A stretch of 38,993 nt of DNA from a virus (taxonomy: Duplodnaviria; Caudoviricetes), in IMG/VR virus record IMGVR_UViG_3300025018_000285, positions 1-38,993 of that record; one strand, given 5' to 3'. A program made the translations under genes and the position numbers. Under the pieces are notes generated by a model. The model was given only the letters and a program-made list of their open reading frames with translations, did no database searches and was not told the origin of the DNA. Shown here piece by piece: positions 8,356 through 17,664 of this stretch. How positions within the stretch are numbered: position 1 is the first letter of the stretch; each line of letters starts with the position of its first letter.

Positions 8356-10020
8356 ATGTACAGACTCATGCGATCAGAAAAAACATTTTTATCTATTCAT
8401 AATCACTCTATATTCTCAGCAAGAGATTGTCTAAATCACATACCGGCTTTATATGATAAAGCTGCTGAGAATAATTTTGAAGTAGTAATTACAGATCATG
8501 GAAACATGGGATCTGTAGTTCAAGCATTTGAAGAGGCTAAAAAAAGAGGAAAGAAATTTATAGCAGGATGTGAATTTTATGTTTCTTCAAATAGAGATAG
8601 ATTTTTTGAAGTAAAAAATAGATTAGAAACTTTAAAAAAAATACCAGCTTCTAGTTATTCTAAAGGTGAGAAAGCTAAAGCAGATCAAGAAGTAAGATTA
8701 CTTAACTTTGAATTTGATGCATTGGGGAAGTATGGTCATTTAGTAGCTATTGCTAAAAACATTGATGGCTATCACGAGCTTCTAGAAATACATAATAAAG
8801 CATTTACAGATTACTTTTATAAAAAACCTCTAACTGATTATAAAGATTATTTTAAAACACAAAGAAATAAAGATGGAAGTAGAAATATTATTCTTACTTC
8901 AGCATGTCTAGCCAATCAAATTAATCAATTCATTATGAAGGATAAACTGGATAAAGCAGATGACTTTGTTCAGATGTTAAAAGAAGAATATCAAGATGAT
9001 TTTTATATTGAATTACAAGCGAATGATATGGACATTCAAAAAAAGTGTAATATAAATTTAATTAAGTTAGCCCGAAAACATGACATACAAATGTGTATAG
9101 CCAATGATGCCCATTACACTTCCATAGACGATTCAGAAGCTCATCAGATTCTCTTATTATTACAAGGTGGCAATAAGATTGAAGATAGAGATAAAATGGT
9201 TTGGCAGATTACATACGAAACAAAGAAAGGGGAAACTCGTAGAAAAAAAGTAGAAGATGAAGGTGACTTTTTTGGAATTCCTATAGAGTCTATACAAGTT
9301 GGCGATTATATTTATAAAAAAGACAAAGGTGATTTTAAAAAATACGATAAAGAAATAAAGAAAATGGAGAAAGTCCCAAAAGCTTGGGTTATCGAAGCAG
9401 AAAATTTAACATTTTGTACAGAAGATGAAATGATTGAGAAAACTAAAACTCATGAAGAGTTAAAAGATATAGTAGATGAATTGCTTGATACAAATAAAAA
9501 GATTTTAGAAAAGATAGAGAATTATGATTTAGATGTTTCTAATAAACTACCTAGATTTGAAAATGAAAATATAACACTCAAAAAACTTTGTGCAGAAAAA
9601 TTGATAAAAAGAAAGTTAAATAAAAAACCAGAATATGTAGCAAGACTTAAAAAAGAATTAAACATTATTACAACGGCTGGATTCTCTTCTTACTTTTTAA
9701 TACTTGAAGATATTTATAGATTTGTACATGAAAACAATAGACCTAGAGGAATCAGTAGAGGTTCAGCAGGTAGCAGTTTAGTTGCTTATTTGCTTAATAT
9801 TACTTTGATTGATCCTATAGAATATAATTTTCCATTTGAAAGATTTTTAAATTTAGAAAGAACTGGATTAGATTTGATTACAGTTGAAGCTGAAAATGGT
9901 ATGCGATTTAACTATCTTCAATCTCAACTTATAAAAGTTGAGAGAGATGGAAAAGAGATAGAAATTACAGCCGATAAACTTACAGAAGATGATACAATGA
10001 TTGTTGATAAAGTATTTTAA
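8356..10020 (+). CDS. dnaE: DNA polymerase III alpha (DnaE) N-terminal part: PHP plus start of palm, ending in a Hint-like extension; true start uncertain
   Basis: PHP motifs HNHS, TDHG, GCE, GHL, NDAHY; SYFLI, RGSAGSSLVAYLL.IT.IDP, FERFLNLER. Confidence 0.92.
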   Translation: MYRLMRSEKTFLSIHNHSIFSARDCLNHIPALYDKAAENNFEVVITDHGNMGSVVQAFEEAKKRGKKFIAGCEFYVSSNRDRFFEVKNRLETLKKIPASSYSKGEKAKADQEVRLLNFEFDALGKYGHLVAIAKNIDGYHELLEIHNKAFTDYFYKKPLTDYKDYFKTQRNKDGSRNIILTSACLANQINQFIMKDKLDKADDFVQMLKEEYQDDFYIELQANDMDIQKKCNINLIKLARKHDIQMCIANDAHYTSIDDSEAHQILLLLQGGNKIEDRDKMVWQITYETKKGETRRKKVEDEGDFFGIPIESIQVGDYIYKKDKGDFKKYDKEIKKMEKVPKAWVIEAENLTFCTEDEMIEKTKTHEELKDIVDELLDTNKKILEKIENYDLDVSNKLPRFENENITLKKLCAEKLIKRKLNKKPEYVARLKKELNIITTAGFSSYFLILEDIYRFVHENNRPRGISRGSAGSSLVAYLLNITLIDPIEYNFPFERFLNLERTGLDLITVEAENGMRFNYLQSQLIKVERDGKEIEITADKLTEDDTMIVDKVF

Positions 10021-10301
10021 AACTCACAGAACAACACATTTGAGTTTGTTAATGTTATTAAACCTTTAGGTTGTTTTTTTAATTTTTTTTGAAACTTAGA
10101 TATGTTGTTTGATAGTTTAGTGCGATATGTCTCGTATGATTTTTTAGTTAATTTTTTTTGCGTGTATTGAAAGTTGACTTGTCTAAAATTGCCTTCAACT
10201 ATATCTATAGAGTCTTTTACTTCTAAGTTTAAATTGATTTCCGGATCACCCGATAAAATCATAAAAAGTTCTAATCGTTCATTCTCTGTATTCTTTTTCA
10301 T
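10017..10301 (-). CDS. Hypothetical basic protein inserted antisense between the dnaE halves
   Basis: 94-aa ORF filling the gap; TATAAT 7 nt upstream of its ATG. Confidence 0.6.
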   Translation of the reverse strand: MKKNTENERLELFMILSGDPEINLNLEVKDSIDIVEGNFRQVNFQYTQKKLTKKSYETYRTKLSNNISKFQKKLKKQPKGLITLTNSNVLFCEF

Positions 10302-10361
10302 ATAGTATATTATATGAATAAATGTTAGAAAATACTTTTTTTTTTAGATACAATAAATTAT

Positions 10362-12449
10362 ATGAAATTGAAAGTAAAAAAAATAACTATTGAAAAATCT
10401 GTAGCAAGCCCTCCCGATATTGATGGTGACTTTTTTAATAGAGAAGAAATTGTAAAATATCTTATAAAAAAATATGGACAAAATCACGTAGCAATGGTTG
10501 GAACTGTAACTAAATATTCACCTAAAAATGCGATACAAGATATAGCTACAGTGTTTTCAATTCCTCCTTCCGAATCAACGGCAATCACCAAGGTTTACAA
10601 TTCAGAATTATCTATTGAAGAAAACATGGTCAACGTACCTAGTATAAAAGCATTCTTTAAAAAATATCCAATGGTAAAAGATTTAATTCCAAAATTTATA
10701 GATACTATACGAGGCTTTGGTATTCATGCTGGAGGAGTTGTTCTTACAGATGTTAAGTATCCTATGAATAAATTCTTTGCACTTCAAAGAACTCAAGAAG
10801 ATAGTAAGATTGCTACTTTTTGGGCCAAAGAAGAAGTAGAAAGAATGGGCGGGATCAAGATGGATATTCTTGGTTTAAATTGTTGCGGTCAAATTCACTA
10901 TGTTAAAAACTTAGTTGGTTTGGATCCATATGAAATACATCCACTACAAGATGAAGTTTTTAGAAAAATTGTACTTACAAATAAACATAAAAACATTTTT
11001 CAATTTGATTCAAACATTGGTGGTATGGCTTTTAGTGAAATTAAGCCAATGAATCTTGAAGATTTATCTGCGGCTTCTGGTATCATTCGAGTATTAGGAA
11101 CAGATGAAGGTAGAAAAGCATTTGAAATGTTTAAAGAAAATATTTCTGAGTTTCAAACTAATGGTACAGATATTACTAAACTAAAAATAAAAAGCGAAGT
11201 TGTTGATCCTTATAATAGAATTGTATGTGAGAAAGTTTTGAAAAATACTTATGGTGTTTTAGTTTATCAAGAACAACTTATAAATCTTGTTATATATCTT
11301 TCAAAAGGTAAAAGAACATTTCAAGAGGGAAGTAATCTTAGAAAAGCATTAGAAAAAAAGATTTTCGATAAGTATGGAACTATTGATAAATTGCAAGGTA
11401 ACAAAGAGGCTCTTAAAAAATGGCATACTGATATTATGGCTTTATTTGAAGTAAATCTTTTGCCATTTATTGGTAAAGATGGATGGGATTCAAAAGATCA
11501 AACTATTCAAGATTTTTTAAACTTTAGATTAGACGAAGATAATAGACTACCAATTCCAGATAAAGGTATTTTAAACTGGTTCATTGTTTCTAGTGCTTAT
11601 TTGTTCTCTATTATTCACTCTAAAGCATATTCACTTATGGGTTATGAACAGATGTATCAAAAATATTATTATCCAAAACAATTTTGGTTATCTGCTTTGA
11701 TACATGCGAAGAAAGAACAAGTAAACGAATATATATTGGCAGCTAGAAGTGAAAGCAAAATAAAATTTCTTGCACCCTCCTATAAAGATTCAAGTGCTAG
11801 TTTCACCATGGAAAAAGATAATATCCGATATGGATTATCTTTTGTTAAAGGATGTGATAAAGCCGCAGATGATATAGAACTAGAAAGAGAGAATAGTGGT
11901 CAATTTAAAGATTTAAAAGATTTTTGTTCTAGAATGTATTTATATGTTTCTATGAAGAAAAACGTATGGGAGAATCTTTTATTTGCTGGTGCATTCTTTG
12001 AAAAACCGGTTCGTGACGAAGAAGGGATTTTTGACTATAAATATTTGAAAGATATTATAAAAGTAATTGATACTGAGACTGATGCTAAGTTGGCTTATGC
12101 TCTCGATGAATCAGAAGATTCTTTTGCAAAAAAAGAATTTGATATGTTGAATACAAATATTACTTTTGTTCACCCTCTGCTACAAGATGCTCATTTATAT
12201 AATCCATTAGATTCTATTACAGAAGGTATGACTGGTAGATGTATGCTGAAAGTTGAATCCACAAAAGAAAAGAAAAGTAAAAATGGTAATATGTACAAAC
12301 ATTTAAAGGTTACCTGTATGAATTCATTTGAGACTACTTTTATTTTCTGTTTTGATTTGACAATAAATTTTAAAAAAGGAGAAATTTACATACTACCAAT
12401 TAAGAATAATAACGGATTTATTTCTGTAGATATTTATAATAAAAGATAA
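10362..12449 (+). CDS. dnaE: DNA polymerase III alpha (DnaE) C-terminal part
   Basis: SPPDIDGDF (two catalytic Asp), GIHAGGVV, KMDILGL (third Asp), TYGVLVYQEQ, HSKAY, IRYGLSFVKG, OB-fold end. TACAAT 7 nt upstream of its ATG. Confidence 0.93.
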   Translation: MKLKVKKITIEKSVASPPDIDGDFFNREEIVKYLIKKYGQNHVAMVGTVTKYSPKNAIQDIATVFSIPPSESTAITKVYNSELSIEENMVNVPSIKAFFKKYPMVKDLIPKFIDTIRGFGIHAGGVVLTDVKYPMNKFFALQRTQEDSKIATFWAKEEVERMGGIKMDILGLNCCGQIHYVKNLVGLDPYEIHPLQDEVFRKIVLTNKHKNIFQFDSNIGGMAFSEIKPMNLEDLSAASGIIRVLGTDEGRKAFEMFKENISEFQTNGTDITKLKIKSEVVDPYNRIVCEKVLKNTYGVLVYQEQLINLVIYLSKGKRTFQEGSNLRKALEKKIFDKYGTIDKLQGNKEALKKWHTDIMALFEVNLLPFIGKDGWDSKDQTIQDFLNFRLDEDNRLPIPDKGILNWFIVSSAYLFSIIHSKAYSLMGYEQMYQKYYYPKQFWLSALIHAKKEQVNEYILAARSESKIKFLAPSYKDSSASFTMEKDNIRYGLSFVKGCDKAADDIELERENSGQFKDLKDFCSRMYLYVSMKKNVWENLLFAGAFFEKPVRDEEGIFDYKYLKDIIKVIDTETDAKLAYALDESEDSFAKKEFDMLNTNITFVHPLLQDAHLYNPLDSITEGMTGRCMLKVESTKEKKSKNGNMYKHLKVTCMNSFETTFIFCFDLTINFKKGEIYILPIKNNNGFISVDIYNKR

Positions 12450-12454
12450 ATATA
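12447..12454 (+). promoter_or_regulatory. Putative late promoter TAAATATA
   Basis: 6 nt before ATG 12461. Confidence 0.55.
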
Positions 12455-12460
12455 TGGTAT

Positions 12461-13264
12461 ATGAGAAACTTTGAATATTATTACGAAAAAACTAAACAAA
12501 TTAAAAAGCCAATTAAAAAAAGATCAGCTGTACATGAATTGGTTTTTTCTGAAAAAGCTGGATTGAAAATAATATTAAAATATCTAGATAAGAGGCAGAA
12601 TTTAGAAAACTTTGATGGTCTTATGGTTTTTATTAGAAAGTTTTTTGTTTTTATGAAAAAGATGACTGGTAAATATCCACAGTTTGATGAAATCTATATA
12701 GCTGAAAATAGAGTGTTGTCAAAATTAAATGTAAAAGGTTATAATAAATCTGGTAACTGGATTACTCTTAATGACTTCAAAAAAATAAACTATTGGACTC
12801 TTTTTCATGAAATGATTCACATATACAATGTCGATACCTACACAGGATTCATTGCTGAAGGGTTGGCAGACTTTCTATCGTACTTATTTATTTCTAGTAG
12901 TAATTTTGCCGCCGCACAGAGCCAAGTCAAAGGGGAGTTAGCACAAATAACTTCTGCTTTCTCGAAGATCAAAAATGATTATCCTCTATATGATTCTATG
13001 AAAAAAGACTACAATAAAAATGTAGATATAGGCGCAGATAGTAGTCAAACTTATGCAAAGTCATTTTTATTTTGGAAGATGATACATGACAAGTTAGGCT
13101 TAGAACCAGTAAAAGAAGCCTTCCGAAAATCACTTAAAAACAAAAAACTCAATGCTGTGAACGTAAAGAATATAATCAAAAAATATACAAAAGAGCCTAT
13201 GAATTATATGAAAGGTTGGATTGTAAACGGCGAATATCAAATTTTTCCAGAATTAAAATTATAA
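12461..13264 (+). CDS. Gluzincin (clan MA, M1-like) zinc metallopeptidase
   Basis: HEMIH, then AEGLADF (third ligand) and YAKS..FW.M (M1-like Tyr); N-term MRNFEYYYE. Confidence 0.75.
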   Translation: MRNFEYYYEKTKQIKKPIKKRSAVHELVFSEKAGLKIILKYLDKRQNLENFDGLMVFIRKFFVFMKKMTGKYPQFDEIYIAENRVLSKLNVKGYNKSGNWITLNDFKKINYWTLFHEMIHIYNVDTYTGFIAEGLADFLSYLFISSSNFAAAQSQVKGELAQITSAFSKIKNDYPLYDSMKKDYNKNVDIGADSSQTYAKSFLFWKMIHDKLGLEPVKEAFRKSLKNKKLNAVNVKNIIKKYTKEPMNYMKGWIVNGEYQIFPELKL

Positions 13265-13303
13265 TTTTTTCATTCTTTTTGTAAATATAATCAAAGAGGA
13301 TTT

Positions 13304-13840
13304 ATGTCGTTTCTACAAGACTTTAAAAAATTAAATGAAGATGCAGATTTTCGACCAAGTGGATTGGCTGAAAATCATTTAAGAGGCAGAATAAACCCTC
13401 TTGAATCTATTAAAAAAATCCCTGATCCTTCAAGAGAAGAGAATATAGGTGAAAAAGTTGATATAACATCTAAGATGCAAAAAAAATATAGAATAGCTTT
13501 GAAACCTATAGTAAAAAAATTCTTAGATAATATAAGTAAGTATAGAAATGATAGTAAAGATTTTGATATTAATAAATTAAATAGTGAAACATTTCCTATT
13601 TATTTTGTAAAAGACTATAAAACTAATGGTGCAGAAACTCCTAGTACAATACCTATTAGAAAAGAATCGCCACAGATTCTCACTATATATGGTCCAGTTG
13701 TATCTAAGACTATTGTAGATTTTAATAAAATAGAAGTTGATAAAAGTAAATTAGAAATTAAAGAAAAAAAGATTATTATAGGTCATGGTGGATTGAACAG
13801 TGGAACTTTCAAATTAGAAGTATTGGTAGTTATAGAATGA
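13304..13840 (+). CDS. Hypothetical protein, putative head-targeted
   Basis: TAAATATA at 13282-13289, AGAGGA RBS, N-term MSFLQDFKKLNE. Confidence 0.7.
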   Translation: MSFLQDFKKLNEDADFRPSGLAENHLRGRINPLESIKKIPDPSREENIGEKVDITSKMQKKYRIALKPIVKKFLDNISKYRNDSKDFDINKLNSETFPIYFVKDYKTNGAETPSTIPIRKESPQILTIYGPVVSKTIVDFNKIEVDKSKLEIKEKKIIIGHGGLNSGTFKLEVLVVIE

Positions 13841-15189
13841 AAAAGTTTGTAGAAGAAATAAAAAGCTATGAAGAAAAAGCACATGAATATATTGTGTCTC
13901 CATCAACAGCTCTAAGATATAAAAACAATACAAAACAAAAATTTAGAGATGCACTAGATTATCATCTTAGAAATATAAAAGGTGTTACGGCTGTACCTGA
14001 AAAAGTATTGAGACAGATTGAATACGAAGTTTTAAAATCTAAACCTATTGAGATAGATTTAGATAGCGATACTGTGAAGATGATTATCTCACAACACATT
14101 CACAAGTTAAAGACTATAGAAAAAAAAAAATTTAACGAAGACTTAGATATTTCTGAAGTAAAAGTTAATATGAAAAATCAAGAAAAGATTAAACCCGTCA
14201 ATTATCATGGCTTTTCTACAGACATTTCTAGTTATAAAAATAAAACGAAATTATATATAAAAACTCAAAGAACAAATGATACAGAAGATTTCTATGGTTC
14301 TATTTCAAATATTTTAAATGAATATATTGGCTTTGCTATTTTAAAAGATATCTCTACAGTATTCAAAGGTATAAAAGTACCAAAAATAAATAAAATATCT
14401 TATGAGATTCAAAAAGAAGAAATACAAGAAATGTTAAATGCTGACGAAGTTAATTTTTCTAATCCTGATATGTTTATTAACAGTTCAATCTCTATGCAGT
14501 ACATTGTTTCGAGTTTTAAAGCCAAAGCTAAGACACTTGAAAGAGCGTCTAAAGAATTAAAGGTTGCTCAGATGTTTCATATGTTTATAAACTATGCATT
14601 ACCTAATATTCTTGTAGGTAATCAAGATGCTCACTCTGGTAACTTTATTACTAAAATGAATAAGAGGTTTGTAAAAGATTATTATATCATTGACCTCGGC
14701 AATGCTTTTGAAAAAACAAATGCTTTTAGTCTAGATGCTTTGAAAAAATTCTTTTTCATGGAAAAGAAAGCTGATAAGAACTCTAGAAAATTAAACAATC
14801 AAGAAAAAGATGTCGTTAAACTTGATATGAGAAGACTTGTAGAAAAAAAAGATAACTATGCCATGAAAGTAATAGAAGTTTTTAATAAACAAAGTCAATA
14901 TCTTTTAAATAAAGATTTTAGTCCAATAGTAGATAAACAAATAGATTCTTTTACTATTATGTACAAAAAAGCTTATAGAGATTTTATTACAACAGTAGAT
15001 AATCTACAGGAAGATCAATATTTTGCAGACGGTTTTGAAAAACAAGAATTAATGAAAAATATAGAATCAGGGTTGGAAGATAGATTAAGTGAAATAAATT
15101 TTATACGAAAAAAATATAAAGATATATTAAAGCACAATAAGCTTTCAGTTAAAAGAGTAGTTGAATACTTGAATGGATTATTAAATTGA
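13837..15189 (+). CDS. HipA/PI3K-like atypical kinase, paralog 1
   Basis: YIK, NEYIG, VP, catalytic loop GNQDAHSGN, Mg loop IIDLGNAF. Confidence 0.75.
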   Translation: MKKFVEEIKSYEEKAHEYIVSPSTALRYKNNTKQKFRDALDYHLRNIKGVTAVPEKVLRQIEYEVLKSKPIEIDLDSDTVKMIISQHIHKLKTIEKKKFNEDLDISEVKVNMKNQEKIKPVNYHGFSTDISSYKNKTKLYIKTQRTNDTEDFYGSISNILNEYIGFAILKDISTVFKGIKVPKINKISYEIQKEEIQEMLNADEVNFSNPDMFINSSISMQYIVSSFKAKAKTLERASKELKVAQMFHMFINYALPNILVGNQDAHSGNFITKMNKRFVKDYYIIDLGNAFEKTNAFSLDALKKFFFMEKKADKNSRKLNNQEKDVVKLDMRRLVEKKDNYAMKVIEVFNKQSQYLLNKDFSPIVDKQIDSFTIMYKKAYRDFITTVDNLQEDQYFADGFEKQELMKNIESGLEDRLSEINFIRKKYKDILKHNKLSVKRVVEYLNGLLN

Positions 15190-16238
15190 ATAAATCATTT
15201 ATAAAAGAAATACGAGAATATTCTGAAAGAGTAAGGATGGAAAACTCTAAAAAGATCAAAGACGTTGATTATGAGGGTTATTCGACTGATATCATATCTT
15301 ATAAAAATAAGAAAAAATTATTTATCAAGACTCAGAGAAATGATGAAGGTAATAGTTTTATCGCTACAGTAGAACCTATTTTGAATGAATATGTTGGATT
15401 TGCTATTCTCAAGGATATGGCTACAGTATTTAAAGGTATCAAAACACCACAGGCAACAAAAATTTCTTATGAAGTAGATGATGAAATTATTGCATATAAA
15501 CTAGAAGGTTCTAAATATTCTGGTGATGAATTAACTGCTATATTAAATGAACATATTAAGATGGAATTCATTACTTCTAGTTTTAAAGTTAAAGGTAAAA
15601 CACTTGATAAAGGTTCAAGAAAAATGAAATTTATTGAGATTTTGAATATGTTGGCAAACTATGCTTTTCCAAATATTCTTATAGGAAACCATGATGCTCA
15701 TTCAAAAAACTATATTGTAAAACTAAGTAAAAAAGCTATTAAACAATATTACATTATTGATCTTGGAAATGCCTTTCAAGATGCTTATGTTCAATCATTG
15801 GACGGTTTGAAGCATAATTTGTTTTATGGAACTGACCCTAAATTAAAAACTCAAGATGAAAAAGATTTTTATAATAATAACTACCTAGATGAACTATTTG
15901 ATGAAAACAATCCATACCTTCAACAATTAATCAAAAGATTTCAGAAACAATCAGAATATATTAATAGTAAAGACTTTAGTTCTATAATAGATAGACAAGT
16001 AAATCTATTTATTCAAATGTACAAGAAAGCATTTATTGAATTTTTAAAAGCTGTAGATATTGTAGATTCTTTGGATAATCCAACAAAAGTACAAGAATTT
16101 TTAAAACAAGAATTAGAAGATAGAATAAAAAGTCTAAAAGAAATGAAAAAAGAATACAAAAATATTATAATAGATAATAAAAAAGTATTAAAAAAGATTA
16201 TGGATTTTTTTAATAAAAATTTAGAAGGAAACAAGTAG
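15186..16238 (+). CDS. HipA/PI3K-like atypical kinase, paralog 2
   Basis: FIK, NEYVG, GNHDAHSKN, IIDLGNAF; colinear with the C-terminal ~340 aa of the upstream paralog. Confidence 0.75.
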   Translation: MNKSFIKEIREYSERVRMENSKKIKDVDYEGYSTDIISYKNKKKLFIKTQRNDEGNSFIATVEPILNEYVGFAILKDMATVFKGIKTPQATKISYEVDDEIIAYKLEGSKYSGDELTAILNEHIKMEFITSSFKVKGKTLDKGSRKMKFIEILNMLANYAFPNILIGNHDAHSKNYIVKLSKKAIKQYYIIDLGNAFQDAYVQSLDGLKHNLFYGTDPKLKTQDEKDFYNNNYLDELFDENNPYLQQLIKRFQKQSEYINSKDFSSIIDRQVNLFIQMYKKAFIEFLKAVDIVDSLDNPTKVQEFLKQELEDRIKSLKEMKKEYKNIIIDNKKVLKKIMDFFNKNLEGNK

Positions 16239-17197
16239 TGAAAGAAAGTTTTTTAAGCAAAATAACAGAATATTCAGAAGCGAGTTTGAAGGCTTTTGAA
16301 AAGAACAAGAGAGATAAATTTAGTTCAGGTATTCTTGCAGCTACTTATGCAGTTGCAAAAAACAATGATATTGGTATTCTTACAGCTAGAGGTTCACAAA
16401 CTAATCATAAACCTATGACCAATTTATTTGCAAAAGTAACTGGAAAATCTATAAATAATGAATATAATTATTTTGTAAATGATACTGATCTTTCAAAAAG
16501 ACTTTCGTTTTGTGGTAGAGATACTGCTATGAGAAAACTACATATTCTAGTTGAATATGCTACTGGTTTTAAACTTAATGAAGATGGTACAAACACTACA
16601 AGAAAAAAATTCGCATCTGTAAAATTTTATGATGACGAAGATAAAAACTTAAAAATCTTGGAACTAGATTATTTTAATTCTTATCTCAATAAATTAAAAG
16701 AATATATGGTATCAAAAAATATAGATGAAAAATCTATAAATGCTCTTTTATCTAGAATAAAAGTAAATAAAAAAAATATCGCAGTATATAATATTTTTGA
16801 TTTCGATGCTTCAAAACTAGAAGGAACTTCTGGTCTTAATATGTTTATCAAAAAGATGAAAGCAAAAATGAAAGGTGGAAAGATTCACTTCTTTGATCTT
16901 GATGGTACAGTATTTACACACTCTGTTAAAATGTTTGTAAACAAAGATAATAAATCTTTATTTGCTATTACTCAAGAAGAATTTGCTACAGATAAAGTAA
17001 TGGGAAATGCTGGCAAAATTCTTTCTAAAGAAGAAATGCAACAAAGAAAAGAGTATGATGTTGCAAGCCTTATAAAGAAAGGTAAAGCAGGCTCAGAAGG
17101 TTATAGTATAGACTTTAAATATTTTAGAGATGAAGATTCGATCAAAGATCAAGCAAAAATTGAAAACTTGAAACAAAAGAATGAAGAAGATGAGTAA
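16238..17197 (+). CDS. HAD-superfamily phosphatase-like protein with permuted motif order
   Basis: ILTARG (motif II) and FYDDEDKNL (motif IV) precede FFDLDGT (motif I). Confidence 0.65.
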   Translation: MKESFLSKITEYSEASLKAFEKNKRDKFSSGILAATYAVAKNNDIGILTARGSQTNHKPMTNLFAKVTGKSINNEYNYFVNDTDLSKRLSFCGRDTAMRKLHILVEYATGFKLNEDGTNTTRKKFASVKFYDDEDKNLKILELDYFNSYLNKLKEYMVSKNIDEKSINALLSRIKVNKKNIAVYNIFDFDASKLEGTSGLNMFIKKMKAKMKGGKIHFFDLDGTVFTHSVKMFVNKDNKSLFAITQEEFATDKVMGNAGKILSKEEMQQRKEYDVASLIKKGKAGSEGYSIDFKYFRDEDSIKDQAKIENLKQKNEEDE

Positions 17198-17645
17198 TAT
17201 TTTAGAAAATGCCAAAGTGCAAGTTATAAAAGAAAGTTACTTATATTTATTGACTCCAACTTTATTTTATAGAGTTACCAAATATAATCCACATTTTAAT
17301 GAATTAAAAAAACTTGACGGTCAAACTATAAAATCAATTGAACTTTCCCAAAAGCCAATAGAATATGAATCCAGCGACGATCAAACAAAAGATGGTAGAG
17401 TAATTGAGAATAATACAAAAATTATAATATCAAAAAATTCTAATAATCAAGTTGAAGAAGCTACTACAATGTCAGCAGACATGATGACTGGATTTGGGCC
17501 AGCACCAGGTGGTGGTTTCAATATGCCATTAGAAGCAGCCAAACATATAATGAAATCTAAAAAAAAGAAAAATAAAGATTCTTTCATGGGAAAATTTATT
17601 GATCTTAATTTAAAGAAGAACGAAAAAAGTATTTATTTTTTATAA
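17181..17645 (+). CDS. Hypothetical protein
   Basis: 154-aa ORF in the operon. Confidence 0.65.
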   Translation: MKKMSNILENAKVQVIKESYLYLLTPTLFYRVTKYNPHFNELKKLDGQTIKSIELSQKPIEYESSDDQTKDGRVIENNTKIIISKNSNNQVEEATTMSADMMTGFGPAPGGGFNMPLEAAKHIMKSKKKKNKDSFMGKFIDLNLKKNEKSIYFL

Positions 17646-17664
17646 GGAAAAAAGGTTGTAGATA

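Noticed and set aside
9862-10406. Canonical trans-splicing intein or group I intron
   Set aside because: No Cys/Ser1, TxxH or terminal Asn; no recognisable intron core; the internal ORF is antisense and the C-half has its own promoter-like element.
13837-16238. HipBA toxin-antitoxin module
   Set aside because: No HTH antitoxin or operator repeats nearby; the context is a late operon.
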